Assembly: GCA_964016885.1 (NCBI GenBank)
Contig: OZ024751.1
Location: forward strand, 52,204,001 to 52,268,000
Direction of reading: 5' to 3'
Source: Eledone cirrhosa
Lineage: Eukaryota
DNA length: 64,000 bases
Numbering within the stretch: the stretch's first letter is position 1; the number at the start of each line of letters is the position of its first letter. Below, piece after piece: positions 34,021 to 47,398 of this stretch. The notes under the pieces are model-generated. The model was not told where the DNA came from. It worked only from the letters and a program-made list of their open reading frames with translations, and searched no databases. A program made the translations under genes and the position numbers.

Positions 34021-34444
34021 ATGTATATATTACGTGTGTTTATGTATTAATGGACTGTCTATTTGTTGCTACTAAGTAGCAAGAGAGCATTAGATTTTAT
34101 TTTTCAAAATATTTCAACAATGTAGCTTAAACTCCTGTCAAATTTCATTAGGGATAATTTCATAGAAGAGAACATAGTATTGCAACAACAAATCAACTTT
34201 GAAACTGCATGGGACCTTATTTTCAGAATGGTGGCAGTAGTGATGTAAGACATATAGGCTTCTGTATTCTACTTTAAGCTGTTTTAATACCAAACTGCTG
34301 AAAACTGCTCCTAGTTGTACAATACAAAAGGTTTGTTTTAAAATCTTTGTTTATCTACAAACCATTCATAATAATCTTATGTAAAAATCTTAATTTTTTA
34401 AACACTAGTCATTCTGTAGTATTTCAGTATTTTCATGTCATTTG

Positions 34445-34830
34445 TCAGTTGTAGTCATCAGCTATTTTCCACGCTTGCATGGGTTAGATGGGTTGACATA
34501 TATTGAGGCAATACTGGTCAAGTGACCATGTCTTGCTTGTATGTACTGTTTTATGGCTTGATTTTTTTTTTATGGCTGGATACCCTTCCTTATGCCAACC
34601 ACTTTACAGCATTTCCTGGGAGTATTTTATCATGATTCCAGCACTCCCACCTTCAGGGAGGGCTAGCTACTTTTTATTGTGACACAAGTATTACTACTTT
34701 ACAGGGTAGTCTGGGTGCTTTTTATCATGGCACCAGCACTACTACTTTACAAGGTGGACTGAGTGCTATTTCTCATGGCACCAGTATTACTACTTTACAG
34801 GGTGGACTGGGTGATTTTTATAGTGTCTCA
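34445..34830 (-). mobile_element. Degenerate RTE 3'UTR-type fragment
   Basis: TTCCACGCTTGCATGGGTT and GGCTGGATACCCTTCCT..TGCCAACCACTTTACAG are reverse complements of the RTE tail motifs. Confidence 0.65.
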
Positions 34831-35539
34831 GTGTCACAGTCCTGTTTCCTACTGCACCCCCTCCGTATCAGCTGTAATATTCTCCATGCCACAGTCCCCT
34901 TTTCTACTCTCTCTGCCCCCCCCCCCCCCAGTCCTAATGACTCAACTGGTGGTATTTGATGTATTTGATTAAGGAAAAGGAGAGAGACTCTGACAGATAC
35001 CACAGTTAATACATGTTGTTTGTATAACATTTCCTTAAATTAGTGAGGAGTTTCCCTTTAGCCACTCTCTCTCTCTGATTGTCTTTCTCTCTCTCTCTCT
35101 CCCTCTCTTTCTGCCTTATTGTCTGTTTGTCTCTCTCTCTCTCTCTGTTTCTCTCTCACTCACACACTCTCTTCCCCCTCTCCCCTATCTTACGCACAAA
35201 TTCTCTTCTTTATCTCTCCCACTTTCTTTATTACTGTTTTTTATTGTTTCTCTCTCACTTTCTCTCTCTCTCACATTCTCACTACCTTTATCTCACACAT
35301 ATTCTCTCCTTCATTCTCTATCTCTCCCAATTTCTTTCCCACTATCTCTCACTCTCTTTTTATATCTCCCCTCCTCCCACTTATTCTCTCTTCCCTAGAG
35401 TTCCTACATTTGATACTTTCTCAGGAATTTCGTCCAAAAGTAGGCAACAAGATATTTAATAAATTTTAGGGTAGTAAATTCTTAGACTTACCGCACCCTT
35501 CTTGAATCTACATTCAGTATCTATCTCTGCTGCTACTAA

Positions 35540-35945
35540 TAATAATGGTATCTAATTTAGGCACAAAGTCAAGAATTTGGGGACATGGGTAACTTGATTA
35601 AATTGAACCCAGTATTTTACTGGTACTCTATTAACCTTGGTGTAGAGAGCCAGAAAGAAATTAACTGCAAGGCATTTTGTCTGACACTCTAACAATTCTG
35701 TCAGAACACCAAAATCTATAATAATAATAATAATGGTTTCTGATTTAGGAACAAGGTCAACAATTTTAGGGGGAGGGAAAGTCAATTAAATCGATCCCAG
35801 TGTGTTACTGGTACTTTATTCTATTGATCCCATAAGGATGAAAGGCAAAGCTAACCTCGGCGAGATTTGAAGTCAGAATGTAAAGAGCCAGAACAAATAC
35901 CACAAGGCACTTCATCGGATCCCCAAAACAATCCTGCCAGTCCAC
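35540..35945 (-). mobile_element. Two adjacent degenerate Meta-domain SINE copies
   Basis: TTTAGG.ACAA.GTCAA tails, CTGGTACT, GGATGAAAGGCAAAG and GATTTGAA.TCAGA. Confidence 0.65.
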
Positions 35946-35976
35946 CAGATGATGATGTAACATTGTTATTCCTCTC

Positions 35977-36013
<37 letters not shown>

Positions 36014-36078
36014 GTGTAGACCTATAACTTTAACAGTCTTAGGGGTGCCATAATGACATACAGTGTGTTGTGGGCATT

Positions 36079-36285
36079 TTAACCCTTTACCATTCACATT
36101 ACTCTATATTTACTATTGTATTTTTATAGTAAAGGCTTTACCTCACATAATTATCTCACATAATCTTATTCATTTTGAGAACAATGCCTTAACATCAGTA
36201 TGAGTGACCGATTACAGTCGGTTTAAACAGAAAGAGGTGAGAGAATTCTGGCCGGATACGGCCGGTTTAAATGCTAAAGCGTTAA
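36079..36285. mobile_element. TTAA-flanked MITE
   Basis: TTAA-CCCTTTACCATT...AATGCTAAAGCG-TTAA. Confidence 0.8.
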
Positions 36286-36439
36286 ACCCTGTGGAGCCCA
36301 TCCCCTCTCCATGTCTGGAACACGGTTGATTTCTTCCAGAGGAGAGTGACAGGGATGAAGTGATAAAGATATAAAGATGAAGTATTGACCACAGTACCAG
36401 GTTGGTACTTTTTTAAAAGGATGAAAGGTAAAGTCAGCT

Positions 36440-36668
36440 TTAACCCTTTAGTATTCACATTACTCTAAATATACTATTATATTTTCATGGTAAAAGCTTT
36501 ACCTCGCATAATTATCTCACATAATATCGAATCTATGAGATTTTTTAAAGTATTTATTTTGAGAACAATACCTTAACATCAGTTTGAGCGACCAGTTACA
36601 GCCAGTTTCAACAGAAAGAGGTAGAGAATTATGGCCAGTTTTGGCCGGTTTGAACATTAAAGGGTTAA
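36440..36668. mobile_element. TTAA-flanked MITE inserted in a Meta-SINE remnant
   Basis: TTAA-CCCTTTA...TAAAGGG-TTAA. SINE sequence lies on both sides (GGATGAAAGG.AAAGTC on the left, ATTTGAACTCA on the right). Confidence 0.8.
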
Positions 36669-36792
36669 TGGTATTTGAACTCACAAAGCACAAAGAGCTG
36701 GAACGAATACTGCAAAGCTTTCTACCCAACATTCTTATGATTCACTGCCTATACCAGTTTTAGTAGATACTTAAATTTGGCTTCTGTTGCAG

Positions 36793-36849
36793 GTCAACCA
36801 GAATGTCATTTCAGTTGAAAATGTCTTGGATATCAGTGAAATATATTTG
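36793..36849 (+). other. Candidate 57-nt internal exon of an unidentified host gene
   Basis: ttctgttgcAG / 57 nt / GTaagg; open in two frames (VNQNVISVENVLDISEIYL or STRMSFQLKMSWISVKYI). No homology recognised. Confidence 0.3.
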
Positions 36850-38705
36850 GTAAGGTGTGGTTCTTTGGACAGTTTAGATAAGCAACTTTTGCCAGGACAT
36901 CCACCCTCCCTCACTCATGCCCCCACCAACTTTGCTATTGGGGGTGGCGGTAAATTCTATATTTAAAGATTATGTCTCCTATATTTTAAACATATCTTAA
37001 CAGCTTCCATACATGTACATATACTCACTTATATGTACATTCATAATACATGCATGTATACACATGCATACACTCATGGCTTGCACACACATACACACAC
37101 ACACATACATAGATGCATGCTCAAAAACATACACAAGCATGCATGAGAGCATACACATGAACAACAACACACACAAGTAACCACAGAAAAGCACACATGC
37201 ACACACATATGCATATGCAAGTACACTGACACACACATACATAAGTACACCTACACACACTCACACAAAAATGCAAGCACACTGACACACGCATACATAC
37301 ACCAACACACAGATATACAAGTACACTCACATACATACACATATTCTCTTTTGCAATCATACACACACATAAAGAGGCACAAACTTTGAAATAATCTACA
37401 AGGAATGTTACCTCATAGATGAGGAATCCTGGTAAATCTAGTGGAATGTTGCAGTAATATACATTTAGTTGATATTTTCAAAGCTACATATTTCATAAAA
37501 TCTTTGACTTCAACCTTTTTCATACTTTTCCTGGTTCTCTGGTACAAAACTTTTAAAGGGTTTATATTTATCTGAAAACCTGTATATCATATGTACATAT
37601 ATTACCCTAGAAATAATATATTATTAGAATATCCTCATTCTTAACTTTAATCACTTTTACATGTCAGTGATCACCATTAAATTTAGGGTTTCTTTTATGC
37701 AAACCATTAATTTATCAAAACAACAAATGTCCCAGCTTGTATGATTGTTCATATATCTGGTAATCTTAGAATACCAATCCTGGACACCAAAAACTAAATA
37801 TATTCCATGCTATGACCATCATTATTTACTGCATTAGTTCACTAGTGTTATATAATATTATATAGTTTAGCAGAGTCATATGTCCTCTATTGCTAACTAA
37901 CTGAAAGAATACTATAGAATATTCAGAGGAGCTTTACATTAAACATGCCTATGACACATGTTATTATTATTATTATTGTTGTTGTTGTTATTAACATCAT
38001 CATTATAAATGAGAAAAATAGCTGTTAATTAGCTTTCTTTGAGATGAGAACATTGCTGGAATTTTAGAATTTTATCTCAAATAGACAATTCTATGAAAAT
38101 AGAACGAAACCAAACCAATCCAAACTAAACAAACAAATAAATTACATGTTTGTTGATCTTCTTTGCCCACTTATTCCTGAGAGTGTCATGGGGATGTTTG
38201 TTAAGGAGAAGAAAAATAACTTTGTGTCCTGATATATTTATATTGTTATATATATTGTTATATAATTTATTATAAATTTCTGGTTGGTTGGTTCAATACT
38301 CAGATGGTTGTTTATATATTGTCAAAGCTCTTTCGACACACATTCTGTGACCTCCTCAGCGAGTGATTTCTTATTTTGTGTCTCTCCTTTGTTCTGTCCT
38401 ACTCCAGGATCTTTACTCTTTTTCCGTCCATACAGTCTGATTATTCAAATGCTAAACTCTGGTTCAGCTTCCATATCCAATCTTTGTTGGCAAACAATGA
38501 GGAATTTTGTTGTGGCATTTGTGTGTGGGTGGGGGTGGGTGTGTCTGTGTGTGTATGTGTGTGTGCGTGCTTGTGATGAGCAAGTGTGTATGTGTCTGTG
38601 TTTGCGATAAGTGTGCACATTTGTGTTTGTGGTATGCGTGGGTGTGTGTGTATGGTGAGCAAGTGTCTGTGTATATGGTGAGCATATGTGTGTTTGTATG
38701 GTGAG

Positions 38706-38746
<41 letters not shown>

Positions 38747-39211
38747 TGAGCAAGTGTGTGTGTGTATGGTGAGCAAGTGTGTGTGTGTATAACAAAAGAA
38801 AAGCAAAATAATTTTCATTGTATTCCAGACCATGTTCAGTGATGTCTGTTTTTGTTTTGTTACTATGACTACTAAGCAGAAATATTTGTCTGTAAACTTC
38901 TTTAATATTATGATGAGGAGAGAGGCCAATGGAACAGTAGTGAACTAATTTTCCATGATTTGTACAATCTATAAATATACAGTCATAGCTATCTATTTTC
39001 TCTCTTTCTCTCTACTGTATGGATATATATAGATGTATATGTGTATGTGTTTTTATATATGCATGTATATATATGTATGTATATATATCTATATGTGTGT
39101 GTGTGTGTGTGTATGTGCGTGTATGTGTATATATATATATGTGTGTGTGTGTATGTGTGTGTATGTGTATATGTATATATGTGTGTGTATATATATGTGT
39201 GTGTGTGTGTG

Positions 39212-39253
<42 letters not shown>

Positions 39254-39259
<6 letters not shown>

Positions 39260-39330
39260 GTCCCCAAAAAATGTGTACGCACCTTGATTAGAATACTGTT
39301 GAAGTGCATATAAATATCTGGGACACCCTA
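39254..39330. mobile_element. Tiny Tc1/mariner-type MITE (about 77 bp)
   Basis: TAGGGTGTCCC...GGGACACCCTA inverted ends that extend imperfectly to about 29 bp; adjoins (TA)n. Confidence 0.6.
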
Positions 39331-41939
39331 CATGTAGCCTTACTGTGAAATCAGGCTCCACGAGGCCCTTTTCTTTAGCAACTTGTGATAAGGATTGGAT
39401 CAACCTGGTTTTGTTGTTATCTAACGACTCTTGAGGAATTACCTTTCATTCCCAAACTTCCAAGTGATAGTAGCAGAAACTTATTTATTAAAACATGAAC
39501 AGGGATATATGCCACCTGACACAACTCCTTTATATAACAATCCAGGGTTGCTGGCTCAATAATACTGACTAGAGTGCCAATAGTACTGTGTGGGTTTGTG
39601 TTGTTTAACCTTCATTACATGTGGGGTGTGTTGTTATCTAGTCTTCAGTACATGTGGGTTATGTTGTTATTTAGCCTTCAGTGTATGTGGCGTGTGAGAT
39701 TTAGCCCATCGTATATGTGGGTTTTATTTAATCCTCAGTACATGTGGGTTGTGTTGTTGTTTGGCCTTCAGTACATGTAGATTATGTTGTCTAGTCTTTT
39801 TGTTGGCCCTGATCATCATCTTTTTTCCAGATACAGTATATCTAGGATAGGATCCCATCCAATGTGTCCTTCCTTTTTTTAAGACAAAGGGGTAAAATTT
39901 GAGAGAGATTTGACTTTATAGTTTCTGGCAGGTTGAACGACCATGCCGTGACTCCATTGTTGATGAAACATTTTTTTGTCTACATTTTAGTGACCTTATA
40001 TATATAGTGCTGATAATTGTTTATGTCTAAATATCAATTTTCCTTTTCCCACTATACAAGCAGATAGTTGTTTCCAAATCTGGCCCTCATCAGTAATATA
40101 TTTGAAGGATTTCAAGTTTAAAATCAAATTTTCATTGACCCTTTCTTTCAAACTTAAAATGTAGGCAGTGCTGTTGATGGTGAAATATTGACAATTGAAT
40201 ATTTCAGCATCTGATGATGGTGAAATATTGACAATTGAAGAAGGATTAATTAACCTCCATATATAACAGGTATTTGTTTTAACCAATTCAGGAAAGAAAG
40301 AAATACAAGTTGAGGCAGAATTATTCTGATCTGGGAACTGTGTCATCAGATATAAATATTGGTGACTATATTTATTATGTCTCAGCAGTAAATATCACAC
40401 TGAATTGCTTTTCCTATAAACCAGTTGGGAATAGGAAGTTCATAATTCTTCATAAATATTACAAATAATCTTTTTGAAGGTATTCTAATATAATGTGTCA
40501 TTATGAGGAGAAAAAGACTTGGGGTGGGGTGAACAGTTTATTTAGGAAGATGTTTTGTTCATAAATTATACATACCAGAGTGAATTGGACTGTATTGGTC
40601 ACACAGTTAGTTGTTGAAGGATTTCTAGTTTGTCATATGTGTTGGCAAATTAGCAAAGTCATTAGAACATTAGATAGAATACTTTGCAGTATTTGTTCTG
40701 ACTCTGAGTTCAAATCCAACCAAGGTCACATTTGCCTTTTATCTTTTTGAGGCTGATTAAAAAAAATACCAGTTCAGTACTTGGAGGGGGTGATGGTGGG
40801 GGGTTGAGTCTTCTTTTCTCTCTCTCTGGTAGAAACTGTGTTCTGGTCTGGAAAAAGGGATGAGTTCCACCCCTATATATCATAACAATGCCTCTACAAT
40901 TCAACTAGGAGTTACAGGTTCATACATATTTGTTTGTTATGCAATGTTTTGGACCTGTTTCTGAATGTGTTCATTGGTTTTGTATACCTTTCAGGTCTTA
41001 AAGTTGATAGCAATGCTTCCATAGCTTATATCAAGCTTCCCTCACTCATCTCACCTATGGAATTCTCTTCAGACTTCTTGCTTTCCTGACCACTAACTAG
41101 AATTTACAAAAATTCAAAAGCAACATCAATTGTCATCTTCTCGCTCCTTGAATTACTTAGGTTTTCTCTGTTTTGTCCTTCTCCGTTCTCAGTAGCCCCT
41201 TGCATGGGTTGAGCAAAAAAAAAAAAAAATAATAATCAATCTAATTTATCCATTTTGGCAAGAGATGGTTCTACAATACAACATCTATATATTCCATGCT
41301 TCTACAATAGACAATATATCCAGAGAGGCATGCCTACCCACAAATTGTAATAATGCATAATAAATAAAATCGTTAGTATATATTATATTATTTATTATAT
41401 ATAAATTATGTATAAATAAATATATATATTTTATTTTACTATCTTTATATATGATATATACCATTTGATATTTAATATATTATTACATCGTCTCTACGCC
41501 CCCCTCCCCGACCTTCTCTAGGGGGCAGTAGTGCCCACTTTGAGAACCTCTGCTATACAACATATCTATATATCTGAAGAGTCCTCTCAAACCTTTCATT
41601 TATCTCTGTTCATTTGCCAAATACTGTACTATCTAGCCTCTCAACACATTTATCTTTAGTGCTGTAGTACATACTGGTAGGCAGGTCTTTTGTATATGGC
41701 AAATAGTATAAGCAAATGATTTCCATCACATAACTTTAGCAATGTGCTTATATCTCACCCAGCTACTCTAAATGTGGAGTCTTTGATGCTCGTTTGCTGT
41801 CTCAACTCTCTAGCTCTCAACAAAACCTCTTCATTAATGCTACTTCAACAGCAACTTGGCAACAACTAAATCAATTTCCATCAGTAGCTTTGCTACAGTT
41901 GTTTTGTCCAGAGATATCCCATTAACTATTATCTTAAGA

Positions 41940-42005
<66 letters not shown>

Positions 42006-42735
42006 ATGTATGTGCATATGTTATGCTAACTAGTGTGATTAAAGAAATCAATAACTACATCTAGCTGTTGTAGAAATAAATCCACCGCATTTTAAACACA
42101 CAACTTACATATATATTATTCAGTTAGTTTCCGTTTCCATTAAAACCTACAACAAATGGAAGCACATACACAACACATACACACACAGAGGCACAAACAC
42201 ACACAAATGCAGACACACACAAACACACACATACTCAAACATACACATAAATGCATGAACACAAACATACACACATGGAAGCGCACACACACACACACAT
42301 GCACACACAAACGCACACACAAGCATGCATACACAGTCACAAACACACACAAATGCAGAAACACACAAACATACACATACACACTTGAACACAAACATTC
42401 ACACACAAGCAATCAATCACACACACATACTTGTGTGTGTATATATATATTTGTATGGTCTTTTAACTCCTGATAGAGTTGTAGGGACATGTATGGACAT
42501 AAGTGTTTCTGGGGTACTTTAAACCTGGCAGAGCCCTTCCCTCTTCAGGTTTGAACACTGGTGATTTCTTTTAGAGAGGAGAGAGATAGGGGGAGGAGAG
42601 AATGGATCCAGTACTGGGCTGGTACCTTTTTTTATTGACCTCAAAAAGATGAAAGAACAAAGTCTAAACTTAGAGAACTAGAAATATCTCAAAGCATTCA
42701 ATCTGACATTCTAATGAGTTTACCAATTTGCTGCC

Positions 42736-43420
42736 TACACACACACACACACGCATATATACACACACACATATATATATACACACACACATATATATAT
42801 GCACACACACATATATATATACACACACATATATATATATATACACCCACACACATATATAAATACACACACATATATATATACACACACACAGATATAT
42901 ATATACACACACACAGATATATATACACACACACACACACACATATATATATACACACACACACATATATACACACACACACATATATACACACACATAT
43001 ATACACACACATATATACACACACATATATATACACACACATATATACACACACACATATATATATACACACATATATATATACACACACATATATATAT
43101 ATACACACATATATATATATATACACACACATATATATATACACACACACACATATATATATATATACACCCACACACATATATAAATACACACACATAT
43201 ATATATACACACACACAGATATATATACACACACACACACACACATATATATATACACACACACACATATATATACACACACACATATATACACATATAT
43301 ACACACACATATATACACACACATATATACACACACACATATATATACACACACATATATACACACACATATATATATACACACATATATATATACACAC
43401 ACATATATATATATACACAC

Positions 43421-43451
<31 letters not shown>

Positions 43452-43497
43452 TATATATATACACACACACACATATATATATATATACACACACATA
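42736..43497. repeat. Mixed (CA)n(TA)n tract
   Basis: Direct reading; the tract resumes at 45083 beyond the Tc1 element. Confidence 0.95.
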
Positions 43498-45082
43498 CAG
43501 TGCCCTGCAAAAGTTTACAACACATTAGGAAAAATGCGGTTTTAGGTATTTTTAATAAAGTTAGGGTAATGAAAATTTAACTACCGATAGAACATATAAT
43601 GAGGCATTTAATGATACAATCATAGTTTTAAAAAAATAACAAGGGAATAACTCATGAAGAAAAATCAATATTTTTATAACGCAAAAATTTACAACACATT
43701 AAATCATCTCTTAATATTTCGTAGCGTAACCTTTGTTGCTAATTACAGCCTGTAGGGCGTTTGGAGTAGCCTCCTACAAACTTCTTGCATGTTTCTTGGC
43801 TTATATTTATCCATTCTTCACAACAAATTTTCTTTAGTTCAGGGATATTTTGGGGTTTCTTTTTTTGAATTCTCTCCACAAATTTTCGATCGGGTTAAGA
43901 TCTGGAGACTGACTTGGCCATTTTAGAACATTTATTCCATTCGTACTTAACCAAGATTGTGTTAGCTTTGCAGTATGCTTTGGATTGTTATCTTGTTGAA
44001 AAAACCAACCTGGCTTTAAGCTGAGAGAATGTGCACTTTGATGTAAATTCCTTTGCAAAATACCTCTATAATAAGTGCCACCCATTCTTCCTTCTATTAT
44101 TTCAATATTTCCTACTCCTGTGGCACTAAAGCAGCCCCAGACCAGGATTGATCCACCTCCAAATTTTACAGTTGGAATAGTATTCTTCGGCGAATATTCA
44201 GTACCTTTCTTTCTCCAGACTTTTGCCACAGCATTTCGACCAAAAAGTCAATTTTTGTTTTGTTCAACCAAAGTACATCTTCCCAAAATGACGCAGGTTT
44301 GATGAGATGCTCATTTGCAAAGTTTAATCGACGAAGAACGTGTTTCCTCGTAAGAAGTGGTGTTTTCCTTGGAGACCTTGAGAAGATATCATATCGATGT
44401 AGTGAACGACTAATTGTATCTGTGCTCACTTTTACTCCACTTTCTTCTAGGTCATCCTGAAAATTTTTAAGAGTACACCGGGGTTCGTTGCCAACCTTTC
44501 TCATCAATAACCGAGCTGCATGTTCCGTTATCTTTCTAGGACGACCAGAACTAATTAGAGGACAGATGGAATGATGAGATTTCCAGTGACGAATTATAGT
44601 ACCAACTGAACTCAATAGCACATTTAACTGACAAGATATCTTTCTATAACCAACACCATTTGTATGAAGGTCTACAATGCGTTTACAGAGGTCTATTTTT
44701 CCCCATATTGTCAATGTTTACAGGACGGTTGTCAATGTTTACAGGATGGTTGTCAGACAAATAATGACGTAATGTTTTTAATAGTCCTTAGAAGTTACCT
44801 TAAACCTAATCTAGAACATTCTACTGAATTTTAAATCTGAAAATTTAAGAATTTTCTTGAAAAAAAGCGATAAATATAAAATGTGTTGTAAACTTTTGCG
44901 TTATAAAAATATTGATTTTTCTTCATGAGTTATTTCCTTGTTATTTTTTTAAAAATATGATTGTATCATTAAATGCCTCATTATATGTTCTATCAGTAGT
45001 TAAATTTTCATTACCCTAACTTTATTAAAAATACCTAAAACTGCATTTTTCCTAATGTGTTGTAAACTTTTGCGGGGCACTG
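43498..45082 (-). mobile_element. Complete Tc1-family (DD34E) DNA transposon with about 203-bp IR/DR terminal inverted repeats and TA target duplication
   Basis: TA-CAGTG...CACTG-TA. TIRs at 43498-43700 and 44880-45082, each with the direct repeat GCAAAA.TTTACAACACATT at both ends. Confidence 0.96.
43711..44706 (-). pseudogene. Tc1 transposase, frameshifted
   Basis: RIVDLH..GVGYRKIS, GRPRKI, PRKTPLL, decayed WSDETK (WLNKTK), [23 protein letters not shown] then 34 residues to the E of [11 protein letters not shown], ending NKGYATKY-stop. Confidence 0.92.
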
Positions 45083-45123
45083 TATATATATATATATATA
45101 CATACACATATATATACACACAC

Positions 45124-45155
<32 letters not shown>

Positions 45156-45809
45156 CATACACTTGCACACAAACAACTCAGTGTTGTTATTGTGTTGCCA
45201 TTTACATTAATTCCACTTAATTACTAATTAGTTGGTAGTTGGTCAATATGGAAACTATAAGAGCAATAGAGATGACATGCTGGATAAATGAGAAACCAAT
45301 CTGGAGCCAACAGTGGACTTTTAAAGTGGTCGTTAGACATGCTAGAAATAGCAGCCAAATTTCCTTTCAACCAGACTCTTCTCTCTCCTCTCTATCCACC
45401 ACTACTGCTGCCGCCACCATCTTTAAAATGATATCTAAGAGGATATCAGGTGATACATATGGACACAGATACACGTCATCATCAGCTTTCCATGCTGAGA
45501 TGAGTTGTGATATATTGTGGCTGTGTTTTATGGCTGGATGTCCACCCTGGGACTTGTCCATTTAATTGTCTCTTACAACACACTATGGTATGGTTTCCCT
45601 ATTCTATTCTATAAACGAAGAAACACATGGTAAGACCAGAATGTCTTCAGCATTTTTACATTGACGTTTCTATGTTGGCATAGGTTGGGCAGGACTTTTT
45701 GAGGCAATGTTTCACAGCTAGATTGATGCCCTTTTTGACGCCAACCCTATGACATGCAGCGATGTAGTGTCCCTATTCTAAAGGGGATACACACAGGCTA
45801 TATATATAT

Positions 45810-45972
45810 AAAAATCAAGATGGATACAGTAAGAAACTGGTTAGACTCACCAGAGTACTCAATACTTGGGTAGTAGAATATGGTTATATTAAAGAGTCAC
45901 TTCCAGACTCTGAGCCTGGAACTAGCTGTTGAAATTGCAAGAGCCCAGCAGTTGGGGTCCTGACTCTTTAAT
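45810..45972 (-). mobile_element. Short insertion in (TA)n with partial fold-back; probable Penelope-like pLTR fragment
   Basis: Shares ACTCACCAGAGTACTC.ATACTTGGG, TAGCTGTTGAA and GGGGTCCTG with 56058-56232. Confidence 0.5.
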
Positions 45973-45982
45973 ATATATATAT

Positions 45983-46317
45983 ATCATCATTTCATTTTAC
46001 GTCCGCTTTTCCCTGCTTGCAAGGGTGGGACGGGAACTGATTCTGGCTTGATTTCTACAGCTGGATGCCCTTCCTAACACCAACCTCATTTACAATGAGT
46101 GCTGGGTGCTTTTTTTCCGTGGCACCTACACGACCACTTTGCAGTGGAATGATAGGGACCCCAGTCCCTATCATCTCATTTCTACAGCTGAGTAAACTGG
46201 AGCAATGTGAAATAAAGTGTCTTGCTCAAGGAAACAACACATCAACCAGTCTGAGAATTGAACTCACAACCTTTTGATTGCAAGGCCAATGTTCTAACCA
46301 CTAAGACATGTGCCTCC
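45983..46317 (-). mobile_element. tRNA-head SINE with CORE-like centre and RTE-derived tail
   Basis: Close reverse complement of 56245-56590. Confidence 0.9.
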
Positions 46318-46561
46318 ATATATATATACGTACATACATATAATAATAATAATAATAATAATAATAAGGATGATTTGTTATGTCTTCATTATGTTTGAGT
46401 AGTGACACATGTTTCGCTATTGATCAGCTCGAGGTTCAATCTGCATCGATCTTGCCCGACTCTGGGATCAAAAGCTTTTGTCGGACCACTATACTTACTG
46501 GAAACAACGCATCAAGTGCTCGCTCTGGTGAACCTACAGTAACTGGACATTACAATCCCTA

Positions 46562-46613
<52 letters not shown>

Positions 46614-47398
46614 TATATATATATATACATAATTTATTTATTTTAAGTTTATCAACAATATGAGAAAGTACAGCATTATTGTGGAAGCTGTTGGGATGCT
46701 GCATAAATTAGCAAGAGTTGGATTAGAGTAGTGAGCTGACAATTTTTATGTGTATGAAACATGCAACATAGCAAATCATATAGGCTCTATGAGATTGTAA
46801 TAGCTTGAGGTGATAAACGAAGAGAACTTTAAAAATAGACACAACATACAGAAGCAGTCAGACAAGACAAAACACTTGGCATACATATATACCGTGTATA
46901 CAAATACACCTATATACACTGATGCACAGTCACATATATACACGCATACATGTACACATACACCCATACTTACATGTGTGTGTGTATGTTTATACACACA
47001 CAGACATGCAAACAGAGACAGTTGCAAAAAAAAAAGTCACATGTTAGCCTACCTAAAAGACATATTAACCAATTTAGTTAGTACATTTACACTAATTACA
47101 TCATTGGAACTTTTAAATTAAACATAATTTTAACAAATTGTATTGTGAAATAGTCATGCTAGTTACTATACCCCCCCCCCCCCCCACACACACACACACA
47201 CACCTCCGTCATATACTGTAACATTCACTTTTGTATTCTGTACTACAAAGAGTAAAACTAAGTTTGGTCATGCATAAAAAAAAAATGTTTGTCTTAGCTG
47301 TTTTGATACCAAACTACCTGAAACTGTCTTGTTTTTTGTTTATTTTAACTATTTTGATACCAAACTACTTGAAACTGTCTTGTTTTTTTTTTTGTTTA

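Noticed and set aside
40170-40240. CTGATGA-tggt-GAAA hammerhead-like string
   Set aside because: No stem II or stem I; it is part of a short local duplication.
41500-41553. hAT-like terminus (CACTTTGAGAACCTCTG)
   Set aside because: No matching opposite end or target duplication found, so it is not supportable as an element.
46380-46560. Island with minus-strand GCU..AGC-GAAACAUGU resembling half a hammerhead
   Set aside because: No CUGANGA core; possibly a pLTR scrap but too incomplete to call.
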